Shown here piece by piece: positions 33,400 through 43,019 of a DNA stretch of 64,000 nucleotides (the first letter of the stretch is position 1; each line of letters starts with the position of its first letter). Made by a program: the position numbers and the translations under genes. This DNA is from Colwellia sp. (lineage in GTDB: Bacteria > Pseudomonadota > Gammaproteobacteria > Enterobacterales > Alteromonadaceae), in assembly GCA_034111385.1 (NCBI GenBank), contig JAWUXK010000107.1:1302-65301 (forward strand), given 5' to 3'. The notes beneath the pieces are model-generated. The model had not been told where the DNA came from, ran no database searches, and saw only the letters and a program-made list of their open reading frames with translations.

Positions 33400-34098
33400 C
33401 TAATTAAGAAAGTAGCCTGTTAATTGATAGCCCATTAGCATAAACCCTGCACTCATCAGTAAGCCGTTGGTAGCGGTGGCAAACTGCGTAAAACTATTGT
33501 GTTTACGCCAAAAGTTTATTATCAGTAAAATGAATGCGAGAGCAATAAATTGTCCTATTTCAACGCCAAAATTAAACGCAAGTAAATTAACGATTAAACC
33601 GTCTTCAGGTAGTTGAAATTCTTGTAATTTGGTTGCCAACCCAAAACCATGAAAAAGTCCGAATATTAGCACGGCTAATTTCGCATTGGGTGATTTACCA
33701 ACTATATGGGTAAAGCCCCCTAAATTATCAAAGCCTTTGTAGACAACCGACAAACCTATGATCGCATCGATTAAATACGCATTAACTTGAATATTGCTAA
33801 TCACGCCGAAAAGTAAAGTTAAACTGTGTCCTAGTGTGAACATGCTGACATAAAGTAATACATCGCGGAGACGGTATAAAAAAAATAACACACCGACTAG
33901 AAACAATAGATGATCGTAGCCTGTTATCATATGTTTGGCGCCAATGTACAAAAAAGGAATAATTTGTACGCCGGTATTTTGTTGCAAGAATTCCCGAGTA
34001 TTATTATCAACGCCGTGGGCAAAGGCTTCAATAGGTAACCCTAAAGCAAGTAAAACAATAAGGCTAAGCAACCAATACTGTTGAAGGCCATTAGGCAT
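33400..34098 (-). CDS. HupE/UreJ-family membrane protein (possible Ni/Co transporter)
   Basis: Signal peptide AFA|HG, HMITGYDHLLF, FTLGHSLTL, FGLFHGFG, FNFGVEIGQ. Confidence 0.85.
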   Translation of the reverse strand: MPNGLQQYWLLSLIVLLALGLPIEAFAHGVDNNTREFLQQNTGVQIIPFLYIGAKHMITGYDHLLFLVGVLFFLYRLRDVLLYVSMFTLGHSLTLLFGVISNIQVNAYLIDAIIGLSVVYKGFDNLGGFTHIVGKSPNAKLAVLIFGLFHGFGLATKLQEFQLPEDGLIVNLLAFNFGVEIGQFIALAFILLIINFWRKHNSFTQFATATNGLLMSAGFMLMGYQLTGYFLN

Positions 34099-34325
34099 TT
34101 ATTGCCCCTTATAATGATGTTTAAATTCGGTTGTTTTTAGGTAAGCTGTAAAAAAGTAATGCTTCAATGAATTGCTAATATGGATCATTCAGCCCACTTA
34201 CATTTTTAGGGTGAAGAATACTATGGTTAGGCTAGCTATAGCAAAAGAAGTTATTCAAGTGCGACTGTAATTATAATACTATTTATTTTGCAGTTTTATT
34301 TTTTAATTAAAAAAAAGAAAGGTCC

Positions 34326-34751
34326 ATGACAGAGAAACTCCCTATTTCAATTAATGTGTGTGATGATTTAGCTGAACAGTTACTTACTATTCAGTCAGTA
34401 ATGAATAAACTTGCTGCGCAGTTTAATTTTCAAGCCATGACTGCTAACTGGTATGGTGACGAAGACGCTATTATTTATATTCAATTGTCGATAGAAACAC
34501 CGCAGCGATTTACGAATCAAAAAGAAAATCAGCAAACCCAACAAGCAAAAGAGTTTGTTATTCATTCAGACGATGTATTTAGTTTTGTTGATGAAAAACA
34601 ACCCCCACAGTTAAATTGTATCATTGCGATTACTGAACTTGAACAAAGCCTCTTAAATGAAAATGCAAAAATACTGGGGAGTTTTTTGCAAATGAAATTA
34701 CAAAAAGTACTCAATATTATCGCGAATAAATTATCGCTTAAACCTATTTAA
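34326..34751 (+). CDS. Hypothetical protein
   Basis: 141-aa ORF with an upstream AAGG, 11 bp from the next gene; no recognised motif. Confidence 0.65.
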   Translation: MTEKLPISINVCDDLAEQLLTIQSVMNKLAAQFNFQAMTANWYGDEDAIIYIQLSIETPQRFTNQKENQQTQQAKEFVIHSDDVFSFVDEKQPPQLNCIIAITELEQSLLNENAKILGSFLQMKLQKVLNIIANKLSLKPI

Positions 34752-34762
34752 AATCACTCATT

Positions 34763-35479
34763 ATGTCTATTAGTCGTGGTCGTCTAGATCGCTTTATCAG
34801 TGAAAAATGTCAAATAAATCGCAAAGAAGTCCGTTTATTATTGGCGCAGAAGCGTGTCAGTGTTGATGGCGTTATCGCCTCTGATGTTGCTCAAGCAATT
34901 GACAAATTTTCTATTATTGAATGTGACGGTCAAATTATTCAGGCAAACAAAGCCTTGTATATTATGCAGCATAAGCCTGTAGGCGTAGTCTGTGCGACGA
35001 AAGATGATAAACATAAAACTGTCATCGACTTACTTTCTTTGAACTTAACAGCGAAAGAGAAAGCAAGCCTACATATAGTAGGGCGTTTAGACTTAAACAC
35101 TTCAGGTTTAGTATTATTGACCAATGATAGTCGTTGGTCTGAACATTTGACATCCCCCACAAATAAAGTGGCTAAGCATTATTTAGTGACATTGAAGAAC
35201 CCAGTACATGATGATTATATTGACGCGTTTGCCAAAGGCATGTACTTTGCCTATGAAGGTATTACCACTAAGCCAGTAAAGCTTAGTATTTTGTCTAAAT
35301 ATACAGCTGAGGTTGTGTTAACCGAAGGGCGATACCATCAAATAAAACGTATGTTTGGGCGATTTGAGAACCCGGTTGTCGCATTACATCGCCTATCAAT
35401 AGGGTCATATACATTGAATGAGAAATTACCTGAGGGTGAAAGTGATTTTATTCAGGTTAAGAAAAGTATCCTTACTTGA
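34763..35479 (+). CDS. RsuA-family pseudouridine synthase
   Basis: S4 domain RLDRFI, HKPVGVV, GRLDLNTSGL, EGRYHQIKRMF. Confidence 0.93.
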   Translation: MSISRGRLDRFISEKCQINRKEVRLLLAQKRVSVDGVIASDVAQAIDKFSIIECDGQIIQANKALYIMQHKPVGVVCATKDDKHKTVIDLLSLNLTAKEKASLHIVGRLDLNTSGLVLLTNDSRWSEHLTSPTNKVAKHYLVTLKNPVHDDYIDAFAKGMYFAYEGITTKPVKLSILSKYTAEVVLTEGRYHQIKRMFGRFENPVVALHRLSIGSYTLNEKLPEGESDFIQVKKSILT

Positions 35480-35659
35480 TTTGTGGTTTTACCTACATTA
35501 ATATCTTAAAATTGTGCTGGATCAATGCACTGTTTTTTGCCTATAGTAATATTTCTATTTTAGAACAGTGTCGTTATGTTCATTGCAATAAAGACCTAGT
35601 ATATATTGGTGTTAAGACAATATTGTCGTTGTTAGGTAAACTTATTAAAAGTGGAAAAA

Positions 35660-37786
35660 ATGAGTGAAGATGTTTTAATTAGTCCGCTTCAATATGATGT
35701 TATTGCGGACATTCAGAAAAAAATATTAGAAAAGCTTGTTAATAATGAGCCTATTCCGGATATTTTAAATGCTCTTTGTTCATTAGCTGAGAGTTTTTTA
35801 CCCAATTCTGTTGCTTCGATCATGATGGTTGAACCGAGTAGTGGTTTGCTCAATGTGATGTGCGCACCTTCAATACCCGCTGTCGGACATGACGCTTTAG
35901 CTAATCTTAAACCCGGGTTGGGCGGTGGTTCATGTGGTAATGCGGTTTTTCATAATAATCCCCAATTTGTGCAAAATACTTTTGAAGATGACCGTTGGGA
36001 AGATCTCCGCCATATTGCTTATGATTTTAATATCTGTTCTTGTTGGTCAATGCCAATCTGTGATGGAGGTAAAAAAGCGATAGGCTCTTTTGCCTTATCG
36101 TCATTTGAACACCGAGCACCTGCATTATTCCATAAAAAACTACTTGAGACCTGTTCTTCCATTGTAAGTCTAGTTTTAAAACGACAGCGCAGAGAAAACC
36201 GAATAGTTTTACTTTCTACCGCACTGAATAATGCCTCTGAAGGGATGTACATTACCGATAAGAACAACAATATTATTGAGGTTAATCCCGCCTTTAAAAA
36301 AATATATGGTTATTGCGAAAGTGAGGTGTTGGGGAAAAACCCTAAAATTTTATCTTCCGGCTTTCAATCCCCTTCATTCTATCAACAGTTGTGGCGTGAT
36401 TTGATAACAAAAAATCAATGGCGAGGAGAAATAACTAATAAACACAAAAATGGTGATTTAGTCTCTCAATGGATAAGTATCACAGCGATTAGGGACGATG
36501 ATGGTGAAGTACAAAATTATTTATCTATCATCAGTGATCTCACGGAATTAAAGTCTGCTCAAAAGCAAATTGTTGATATGGCTTTTTACGATCCCGTAAC
36601 TCAACTACACAATAAAACTTACCTTGAGCAAGAGGTACTGGCTAATAAAGTTAACTACACGCTGATTCAACTCAATATTAATAACTTTAGTTATATAAAT
36701 ACAGCATACGGTTTTAACATCGGCGATAAAATATTAATGGAGATTGCCAATACTTTAGCCAGCAATTTCTCGGCTTTTGAAGCTTGTAGACTAAATTCTG
36801 ATGAGTTTGGTTTATTATTTGAAGGTGAAATTAACATTGCTCAGCAGATAGAAGCCATCCAAGAATATTTTTATACGACACTGATAAAAGTGGGAGATAT
36901 TTCTCTATATATTGCTTTTACTTATGGGGCCGCATACAGCAACGAATTTTTGTTACGCAATTGTGCTTTAGCGTTGAAGCAAGCAAAGAGCTTAGGAAAA
37001 AATCGTTATCATATTTTCGATGCTGAGAATGAAATTGTTGATAACGCTACACGTGAGAACTTTATTGCCAGGAATAATTTATTACATTCAGCACTAGATC
37101 TTGATCAGCTTACCCCGTACTTTCAAGGTATATTCGATAATAAAAATAAGAAGATACAAAAATTCGAGGTGCTAGCTCGTATTGTGAGAGACGGTGAAGT
37201 CATTTCGCCATATTATTTTTTAGATACCGCAAAATTATCAGGTTTATTGCCTAAAATAACGCGCGTAATGATAGATAAAAGCTTTAAAGTTATGCGTGAT
37301 CATGATTATACTTTTTCATTAAATATTACTGAGGATGATTTAAGTCAAAACTACCTGATAGACTTTTTAGAAGAGAAAACCAAGCAATATAATATTGCGC
37401 CCCAGCGTGTTATTTTAGAAATATTAGAAGGGGTGAGTTCTGAAGGTAAAAAGAATCACATCAATCAGTTAGTACAATTAAAAGCTAAAGGTTACTTACT
37501 TGCTATCGATGATTTTGGCACAGAGTATTCAAACTTTGAACGGATACTTGAGCTTGATATTGATTACTTGAAAATTGATGCTAAATACATAAAAAACATT
37601 GATAAAAGTGAAAAAAGTTATGAAATTACTCGAGCGATAACTTTTTTTGCCCGTAACGCTAACATTCCTTGTGTCGCAGAATTTGTTCATAATGAATCAG
37701 TCCAAGAAGTGGTTCAATCATTAGGTATTAATTACTCGCAAGGTTATTATTTTAGTGAGCCGGCACCACACCCTATAATGAGTTAA
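35660..37786 (+). CDS. GAF-PAS-(degenerate GGDEF)-EAL c-di-GMP phosphodiesterase
   Basis: GAF (GSCGNA, CWSMP), PAS, RLNSDEF in place of GGDEF, EVLAR, AIDDFGTEYS, AEFV, QGYYF. Confidence 0.88.
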   Translation: MSEDVLISPLQYDVIADIQKKILEKLVNNEPIPDILNALCSLAESFLPNSVASIMMVEPSSGLLNVMCAPSIPAVGHDALANLKPGLGGGSCGNAVFHNNPQFVQNTFEDDRWEDLRHIAYDFNICSCWSMPICDGGKKAIGSFALSSFEHRAPALFHKKLLETCSSIVSLVLKRQRRENRIVLLSTALNNASEGMYITDKNNNIIEVNPAFKKIYGYCESEVLGKNPKILSSGFQSPSFYQQLWRDLITKNQWRGEITNKHKNGDLVSQWISITAIRDDDGEVQNYLSIISDLTELKSAQKQIVDMAFYDPVTQLHNKTYLEQEVLANKVNYTLIQLNINNFSYINTAYGFNIGDKILMEIANTLASNFSAFEACRLNSDEFGLLFEGEINIAQQIEAIQEYFYTTLIKVGDISLYIAFTYGAAYSNEFLLRNCALALKQAKSLGKNRYHIFDAENEIVDNATRENFIARNNLLHSALDLDQLTPYFQGIFDNKNKKIQKFEVLARIVRDGEVISPYYFLDTAKLSGLLPKITRVMIDKSFKVMRDHDYTFSLNITEDDLSQNYLIDFLEEKTKQYNIAPQRVILEILEGVSSEGKKNHINQLVQLKAKGYLLAIDDFGTEYSNFERILELDIDYLKIDAKYIKNIDKSEKSYEITRAITFFARNANIPCVAEFVHNESVQEVVQSLGINYSQGYYFSEPAPHPIMS

Positions 37787-37793
37787 CTTAATA

Positions 37794-38633
37794 TTATTTA
37801 ATACCAAGCTCACGTAAACGTTCTAATAAATAGCTGGCTTGTGTGTGTTTTTCTGATAATTTTACCTCACTACGAGGGTGTAGAAAAAGCGGTAATGAAA
37901 TCCGTGACTTTCTGTTAGCTTTGCCAACTGGATTAATCACTCGATGAGTTGTTGAAGGAAAGTAACCATTGGATGCTTCTTGTAGCATATCGCCAATATT
38001 AACAATTAAATTACCAAAGTCGCTAGGTACATCTAACCAACGCCCACCTTGACACTTTACTTGTAAACCCGTTTCATTGGCTGCAGGTAATATTGTTAAT
38101 AAATTTATATCTTCATGAGCGGCCGCTCTAATAGCCCCCAATTCTTCATTACCGCTCAACGGTGGGTAATGTAGAACACGTAATAAAGTATTTGGCGTAT
38201 CCTTAATCATCGCAGATAAAGCTTCAGAATAACTGTTTGCCACTTGCTCAGGGCTATATTTTTCCACCCAATCAAGTAGCTCACTAGCCAATTCTGATGC
38301 TAGCTGATAGTAATTGAGTATTTCGTCTTTTAAATCTTCAGGGATACGCCCCCATGGATAGATATGATAAAATTCTTTTATATCTTTTTTTGTATGGTTT
38401 TTAGCCGTTTCTGATACTTTAGATGAAAAATAACCATCTTGCTTTTCTGTGTCAAAAGCAAAATTATACTTTTCTGTACTATTAAAGAAAACCTGCCAGT
38501 TTTGATAAATTGAGCTAACCAATGATTGTTGAATTGGGTGATTTATCAGGATTGCAAACCCGGTTTCTTTCAGGCTTTTTACAAAGCGTTGCGGTGCATC
38601 TTTAGCTGTGTAATCGACAACAGGTAGTGACAT
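37794..38633 (-). CDS. 2OG-Fe(II) oxygenase (isopenicillin N synthase family)
   Basis: LRVLHYPP, AHEDIN (HxD), NIGDML, STTHRV, SRISLPLF; start MSLPVV at 38633. Confidence 0.92.
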   Translation of the reverse strand: MSLPVVDYTAKDAPQRFVKSLKETGFAILINHPIQQSLVSSIYQNWQVFFNSTEKYNFAFDTEKQDGYFSSKVSETAKNHTKKDIKEFYHIYPWGRIPEDLKDEILNYYQLASELASELLDWVEKYSPEQVANSYSEALSAMIKDTPNTLLRVLHYPPLSGNEELGAIRAAAHEDINLLTILPAANETGLQVKCQGGRWLDVPSDFGNLIVNIGDMLQEASNGYFPSTTHRVINPVGKANRKSRISLPLFLHPRSEVKLSEKHTQASYLLERLRELGIK

Positions 38634-38784
38634 AGTATTCTCGTTAAAAAGCGGTAAAAATATTGATAATAATAGAACTTCTTCTAGCTTCAATTTTGTT
38701 AATAAAAAATTACTGCATTTTGTACTTTGCTATATACTGTTGGCAATATTTACTATTAATAAAAATAATTAAGCGATTTTAAAC

Positions 38785-39090
38785 ATGAAATATACTTCTT
38801 TTTTAGCTGTTTGTATTGTTAGTATGTTAGCGGGATGTTCAAGCAAGGATAACGCTTGTGAAGACATTACATTAGCGTCAGAACAAATCCAGCAATGCCA
38901 AGCATTACACCGCCAAATAGTTAGCGCTAAAGGTAAGCCTTTAATTCGTACTGAACTTGAACGCAGATACCAGCAAGACTGCATTGATATTCGCTACTAT
39001 CGTGATGAAAAACAATCGTCTATATGTGGTAATAAAAAAGCTGTAGAGGTAATTAGAAAGACCGCTGAAGATAACGCGAGCAACAACTAG
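38785..39090 (+). CDS. Small Cys-rich lipoprotein of unknown function
   Basis: Lipobox LAGC plus four further Cys in a 101-aa ORF. Confidence 0.75.
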   Translation: MKYTSFLAVCIVSMLAGCSSKDNACEDITLASEQIQQCQALHRQIVSAKGKPLIRTELERRYQQDCIDIRYYRDEKQSSICGNKKAVEVIRKTAEDNASNN

Positions 39091-39253
39091 GCTTTATCTT
39101 ATATAAATATCCAGCAATAGCGGAAAAACAATCTCGAAAGGTCAAAAGAGCCTGATATACTCGAGTGCTTTTTGATAAAAATTTATTATGTTAATGTAAT
39201 TCTAATGGTGATCATGTGACTCACTTAATGATGATGATGGTAATTTTTTAATT

Positions 39254-41830
39254 ATGAATAACACCGGATCTGAAAAGAGCAGGAAAGATAATCAGCTTGA
39301 AGCTGATAAACCTGACGAGTTAGTATTGTTACAGCAACAATATAAAAATTTGGAAATGCGTTATACGGCGCTATTTCGCCTTAATCAGTTATCACAAGAG
39401 TGTGAAGACTTAAAAGACTTTTATCCACAAGTACATCGCACTATTGCTTCTTTAATGACTGCGGATAACTTTTTTATTGTTAGTTATGATCAAACTTTTT
39501 CTACTCTAGAATTTGTTTATTATGTTGATGAAAAAGATCAAAAGCCAGAGGGTGTTATTGATTACAGCAACCTTTCGGGTTCGTTGACTCATTTAGTTAT
39601 AGAGTCAATGCAACCGTTATTAGTTGCCTCTGAGTTGGGAAAAAAATTATTAGAAAATAACGACATTAAACTTTACGGCACCTTAGGAAACGGTTGGCTA
39701 GGCGTTCCATTATTGCATAATGATGTAGTTATCGGCGTTATGGTTGTGCAAAGTTATAGTGAAACTGAACTCTACACAGAGCAAGATTTAAGTATGCTTA
39801 CCTTTGCGGCTCAGCATGCCGTTGGGGCAATCATTCGTTTACAAGATAAAGAACGTTTAATGAGTGCAGTTCATGCTAGAACGCAAGAACTTATGATGCA
39901 AATTCGTGAGCGAGATAAATCTGAATTATTACAAGAATCTTTATATCGAATATCAGAATTAACTAATGATGCTAGCTTTAATATCAATGTATTTTACTCC
40001 AAAGTGCATAATATTATTGGTCAATTGATTCATGCCAAAAACTTCTTTATTGCGAAATACGATGAAGAAAGTGACACCATTGAATATGTTTATGTGGCTG
40101 ATGAAGAATCTAACCAACAGGAAACCTTTTATCAAAAACGAAAGTCACCCGATCAATACTCTAAGCTGGTTATAAGCCAACAAAAAACTATCTTATTAAG
40201 TAAAGAAGATATGAGAGTATTGTTTGAGGAGGGGCAAGCTCAAGAGCCTTCAGCTGGAGAGCATTCATGGCTAGGAGTTCCCTTAGTTTATTCTGGGCAA
40301 TTATTAGGGGTGATGGTGCTGCAAAGTTATAGCCGGTTAACAACCTATTCACAGCAAGATAGTGAGCTATTGAACTTTGTTTCTAATCATGTATCTACTG
40401 CGATAAAGCGTCGAGAAGCCTCTGACATAGAAAGAGAAAGCCATGAACGTTTAGAGCAACAGGTTAAACTGAGAACCTTGGCTTTAGAAGAAGAAATTGT
40501 GCAACGTAAACAAGCAGAAAAAAGGCTTAAGCACACAGCATCACACGATAGCCTAACAGGTTTAGTGAATAGAACCGTATTTCTTGATTTGTTAAATCAT
40601 GCGATTGCCTGTAAGCAACGTAAATCTGATTTTTCCTTTGCTATTTTATTTTTAGATTTAGATCGTTTCAAAATTGTTAATGATAGTTTGGGTCATCATG
40701 CCGGAGACATATTATTAAAGTTAATTGCCAAAGAGTTATCCTCTATTGTAAGAGCTAAAGATACTGTTGCTAGGTTAGGCGGGGATGAGTTTGTTATTTT
40801 AATAGAAGATATTGAAACCAATAAAGAAGCCTTTGATATAGCCCAGCGTATTACTGAGTTTTTACAGCAGCCTTTTACTATTGATAACCAATTAGTGTTT
40901 ACAGGCACAAGCATTGGTATTCTGTTTAGTGACTCTCGTTATAAGAATGCTGACACTATGCTACGTGATGCTGATACGGCAATGTATCACGCCAAAGACA
41001 GTGGGAAAGGGCGCTATGAAGTATTTGATGCCAGTATGCATCAAACAGTTCAAAATGCACTATCATTAGAGGCTGACATTAGAGAAGCGATTGAGTGGCA
41101 AGAATTCATACCTTATTTTCAGCCTATTATTAAATTAGCAAACAAAGAGTTAGTAGGTTTTGAGGCGTTAGCACGCTGGCAAAGCTCTAAACGTGGTTTT
41201 GTCTTTCCCGACGATTTTATTCCGTTAGCAGAAGAAACTAACTTAGTTCAAGAAATAGATTTACAAATCGTAAAAAAAGCCTGTCAACAACTGAAAATTT
41301 GGCAAGATAAATTATCACGATATGATCTTTATGTGAGTTGTAATTTATTTTGCAGTCATTTTTTTAATTCGACTTTACCTGATGACATTGAAAAAATATT
41401 GGTTGATACTGGCTTGAAACCAGAAAACTTACGTGTAGAGTTAACAGAAAGAGCATTATTAGAAAACACTGATATAGTCTTAACGAATATGAAGGCATTA
41501 AAAAAATTAGGGGTGAAAATACTACTTGATGATTTTGGTACAGGCTATTCTAGTTTGAGTTATTTGCACCGTTTTCCTATCGATGTATTAAAAATAGATC
41601 GCTCTTTTATTACCAATGTACATGAGCATGAAAATAATAAAGCGATAATTAAAACAATTGTCGACTTAGCGAGTAATTTAGCAATGGAAACCGTTGGGGA
41701 GGGGATTGAAAATTGCGAAGACGCCAATTTGTTACAAAAAATGGACTGTTTATATGGACAGGGATTTTATTACGCTAAGCCCATGCCAGTGAATGACATG
41801 GAGCAGTATATTATTGCTAGCAGCGAGTGA
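39254..41830 (+). CDS. GAF-GAF-GGDEF-EAL bifunctional c-di-GMP enzyme
   Basis: Two WLGVPL...VQSY GAF repeats, RLGGDEF, FEALARW, LDDFGTGYSSL, QGFY. Confidence 0.93.
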   Translation: MNNTGSEKSRKDNQLEADKPDELVLLQQQYKNLEMRYTALFRLNQLSQECEDLKDFYPQVHRTIASLMTADNFFIVSYDQTFSTLEFVYYVDEKDQKPEGVIDYSNLSGSLTHLVIESMQPLLVASELGKKLLENNDIKLYGTLGNGWLGVPLLHNDVVIGVMVVQSYSETELYTEQDLSMLTFAAQHAVGAIIRLQDKERLMSAVHARTQELMMQIRERDKSELLQESLYRISELTNDASFNINVFYSKVHNIIGQLIHAKNFFIAKYDEESDTIEYVYVADEESNQQETFYQKRKSPDQYSKLVISQQKTILLSKEDMRVLFEEGQAQEPSAGEHSWLGVPLVYSGQLLGVMVLQSYSRLTTYSQQDSELLNFVSNHVSTAIKRREASDIERESHERLEQQVKLRTLALEEEIVQRKQAEKRLKHTASHDSLTGLVNRTVFLDLLNHAIACKQRKSDFSFAILFLDLDRFKIVNDSLGHHAGDILLKLIAKELSSIVRAKDTVARLGGDEFVILIEDIETNKEAFDIAQRITEFLQQPFTIDNQLVFTGTSIGILFSDSRYKNADTMLRDADTAMYHAKDSGKGRYEVFDASMHQTVQNALSLEADIREAIEWQEFIPYFQPIIKLANKELVGFEALARWQSSKRGFVFPDDFIPLAEETNLVQEIDLQIVKKACQQLKIWQDKLSRYDLYVSCNLFCSHFFNSTLPDDIEKILVDTGLKPENLRVELTERALLENTDIVLTNMKALKKLGVKILLDDFGTGYSSLSYLHRFPIDVLKIDRSFITNVHEHENNKAIIKTIVDLASNLAMETVGEGIENCEDANLLQKMDCLYGQGFYYAKPMPVNDMEQYIIASSE

Positions 41831-41832
41831 GT

Positions 41833-42891
41833 CTAGTTTTTAAACTCAGCAATGGTTACGACGGTTTCAATACTTTTTCCTTGTCGGTAAAGCTTGAATG
41901 TTAATGGCGTATTTGGCCTTGTTTCTGCAATAATATCTAAGGCTTGCGTAATGCTATTAATGGGCTTGTCGGCAATTTGATAAATTACATCACCAACTTG
42001 TATATCTGCTTTAGAAGCAGGGCTATTAAGCTTGACGGACTCAACTAAAAAGCCTTTTAGATCTGTTAAGTAGCGCTCAGCAGATACCCCTAACCAACCA
42101 CGAATAACAATGCCATTTTCAATTAACTGGTGCATAATTTTTGCTGCTAATTGATAAGGCACAGCAAAGAAAATTCCTTGAATATTTTGTTGTGGGTTTG
42201 ATTGAGTAAATTTACGAGAATTAATACCCACCAATACACCATTACTATTAATAAGCGCACCACCCGAATTTCCATCATTGATGGCAGCATCCATTTGTAA
42301 AAAGTTTAAATAATTAGTATTACTTAAACCACTGCGACCTGTTGCACTAATAATACCTTGAGTCACTGTTTGTCCTAAATTTAAAGGATTTCCAATGGCT
42401 AAAACAATATCACCCACCAATGATTGTTGATGCTGGTTTTGTCGAATAACGGGTAAATTTGTTTGATTTACTTTTAATACGGCTAAATCAGTTATTTGAT
42501 CAAAACCAATTAATTCGGCTGCGTATTCTCGACCATTTTGCAGGAGTACTTTAATCAGATCTGCATTTTGAATAACATGCATGTTAGTTAAAATGTAACC
42601 CCGGCTATCCATAATTACACCTGAGCCTAATCGCGTTGCTTTAATTGCGTTTCGACCATAACTTGGACTGGATTGTATATCTTCGGAATAAATATTAACA
42701 ACGGCAGGGCTAGCTAAGCTGACGGCCTTGGCATATGAAAGTGGTTGAGGTGCTTTTGTGTCCCTATTCAGTAATTGCTGAATAAATAAATTATCATTTA
42801 ATTGAGGTACTAATAATAACAGGGCTACTGCGAATAATACGCCATAACTGACAGAATTTAAAACATACGTTAATGTGGACTTTAGCTTCAA
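41833..42891 (-). CDS. degS: Serine protease DegS (one PDZ)
   Basis: N-terminal TM, GSGVI, TNMHV, GNSGG, single PDZ; follows degQ. Confidence 0.9.
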   Translation of the reverse strand: MKLKSTLTYVLNSVSYGVLFAVALLLLVPQLNDNLFIQQLLNRDTKAPQPLSYAKAVSLASPAVVNIYSEDIQSSPSYGRNAIKATRLGSGVIMDSRGYILTNMHVIQNADLIKVLLQNGREYAAELIGFDQITDLAVLKVNQTNLPVIRQNQHQQSLVGDIVLAIGNPLNLGQTVTQGIISATGRSGLSNTNYLNFLQMDAAINDGNSGGALINSNGVLVGINSRKFTQSNPQQNIQGIFFAVPYQLAAKIMHQLIENGIVIRGWLGVSAERYLTDLKGFLVESVKLNSPASKADIQVGDVIYQIADKPINSITQALDIIAETRPNTPLTFKLYRQGKSIETVVTIAEFKN

Positions 42892-42965
42892 AAGGAAATT
42901 CTCAATGGAACAGATTTTTTATAATTTTCTTGAGTTTAACACAAAATATCAGGGTGACTAAAAAT

Positions 42966-42992
42966 AAAAGGCTGATTTAAAAATCAGCCTTT
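42966..42992 (-). terminator. Terminator after degQ
   Basis: AAGGCTGATTT-AA-AAATCAGCCTT with a flanking A-tract (T-tract on minus). Confidence 0.7.
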
Positions 42993-43019
42993 ATCAAAAT
43001 AACATAATAGCAATAACTA

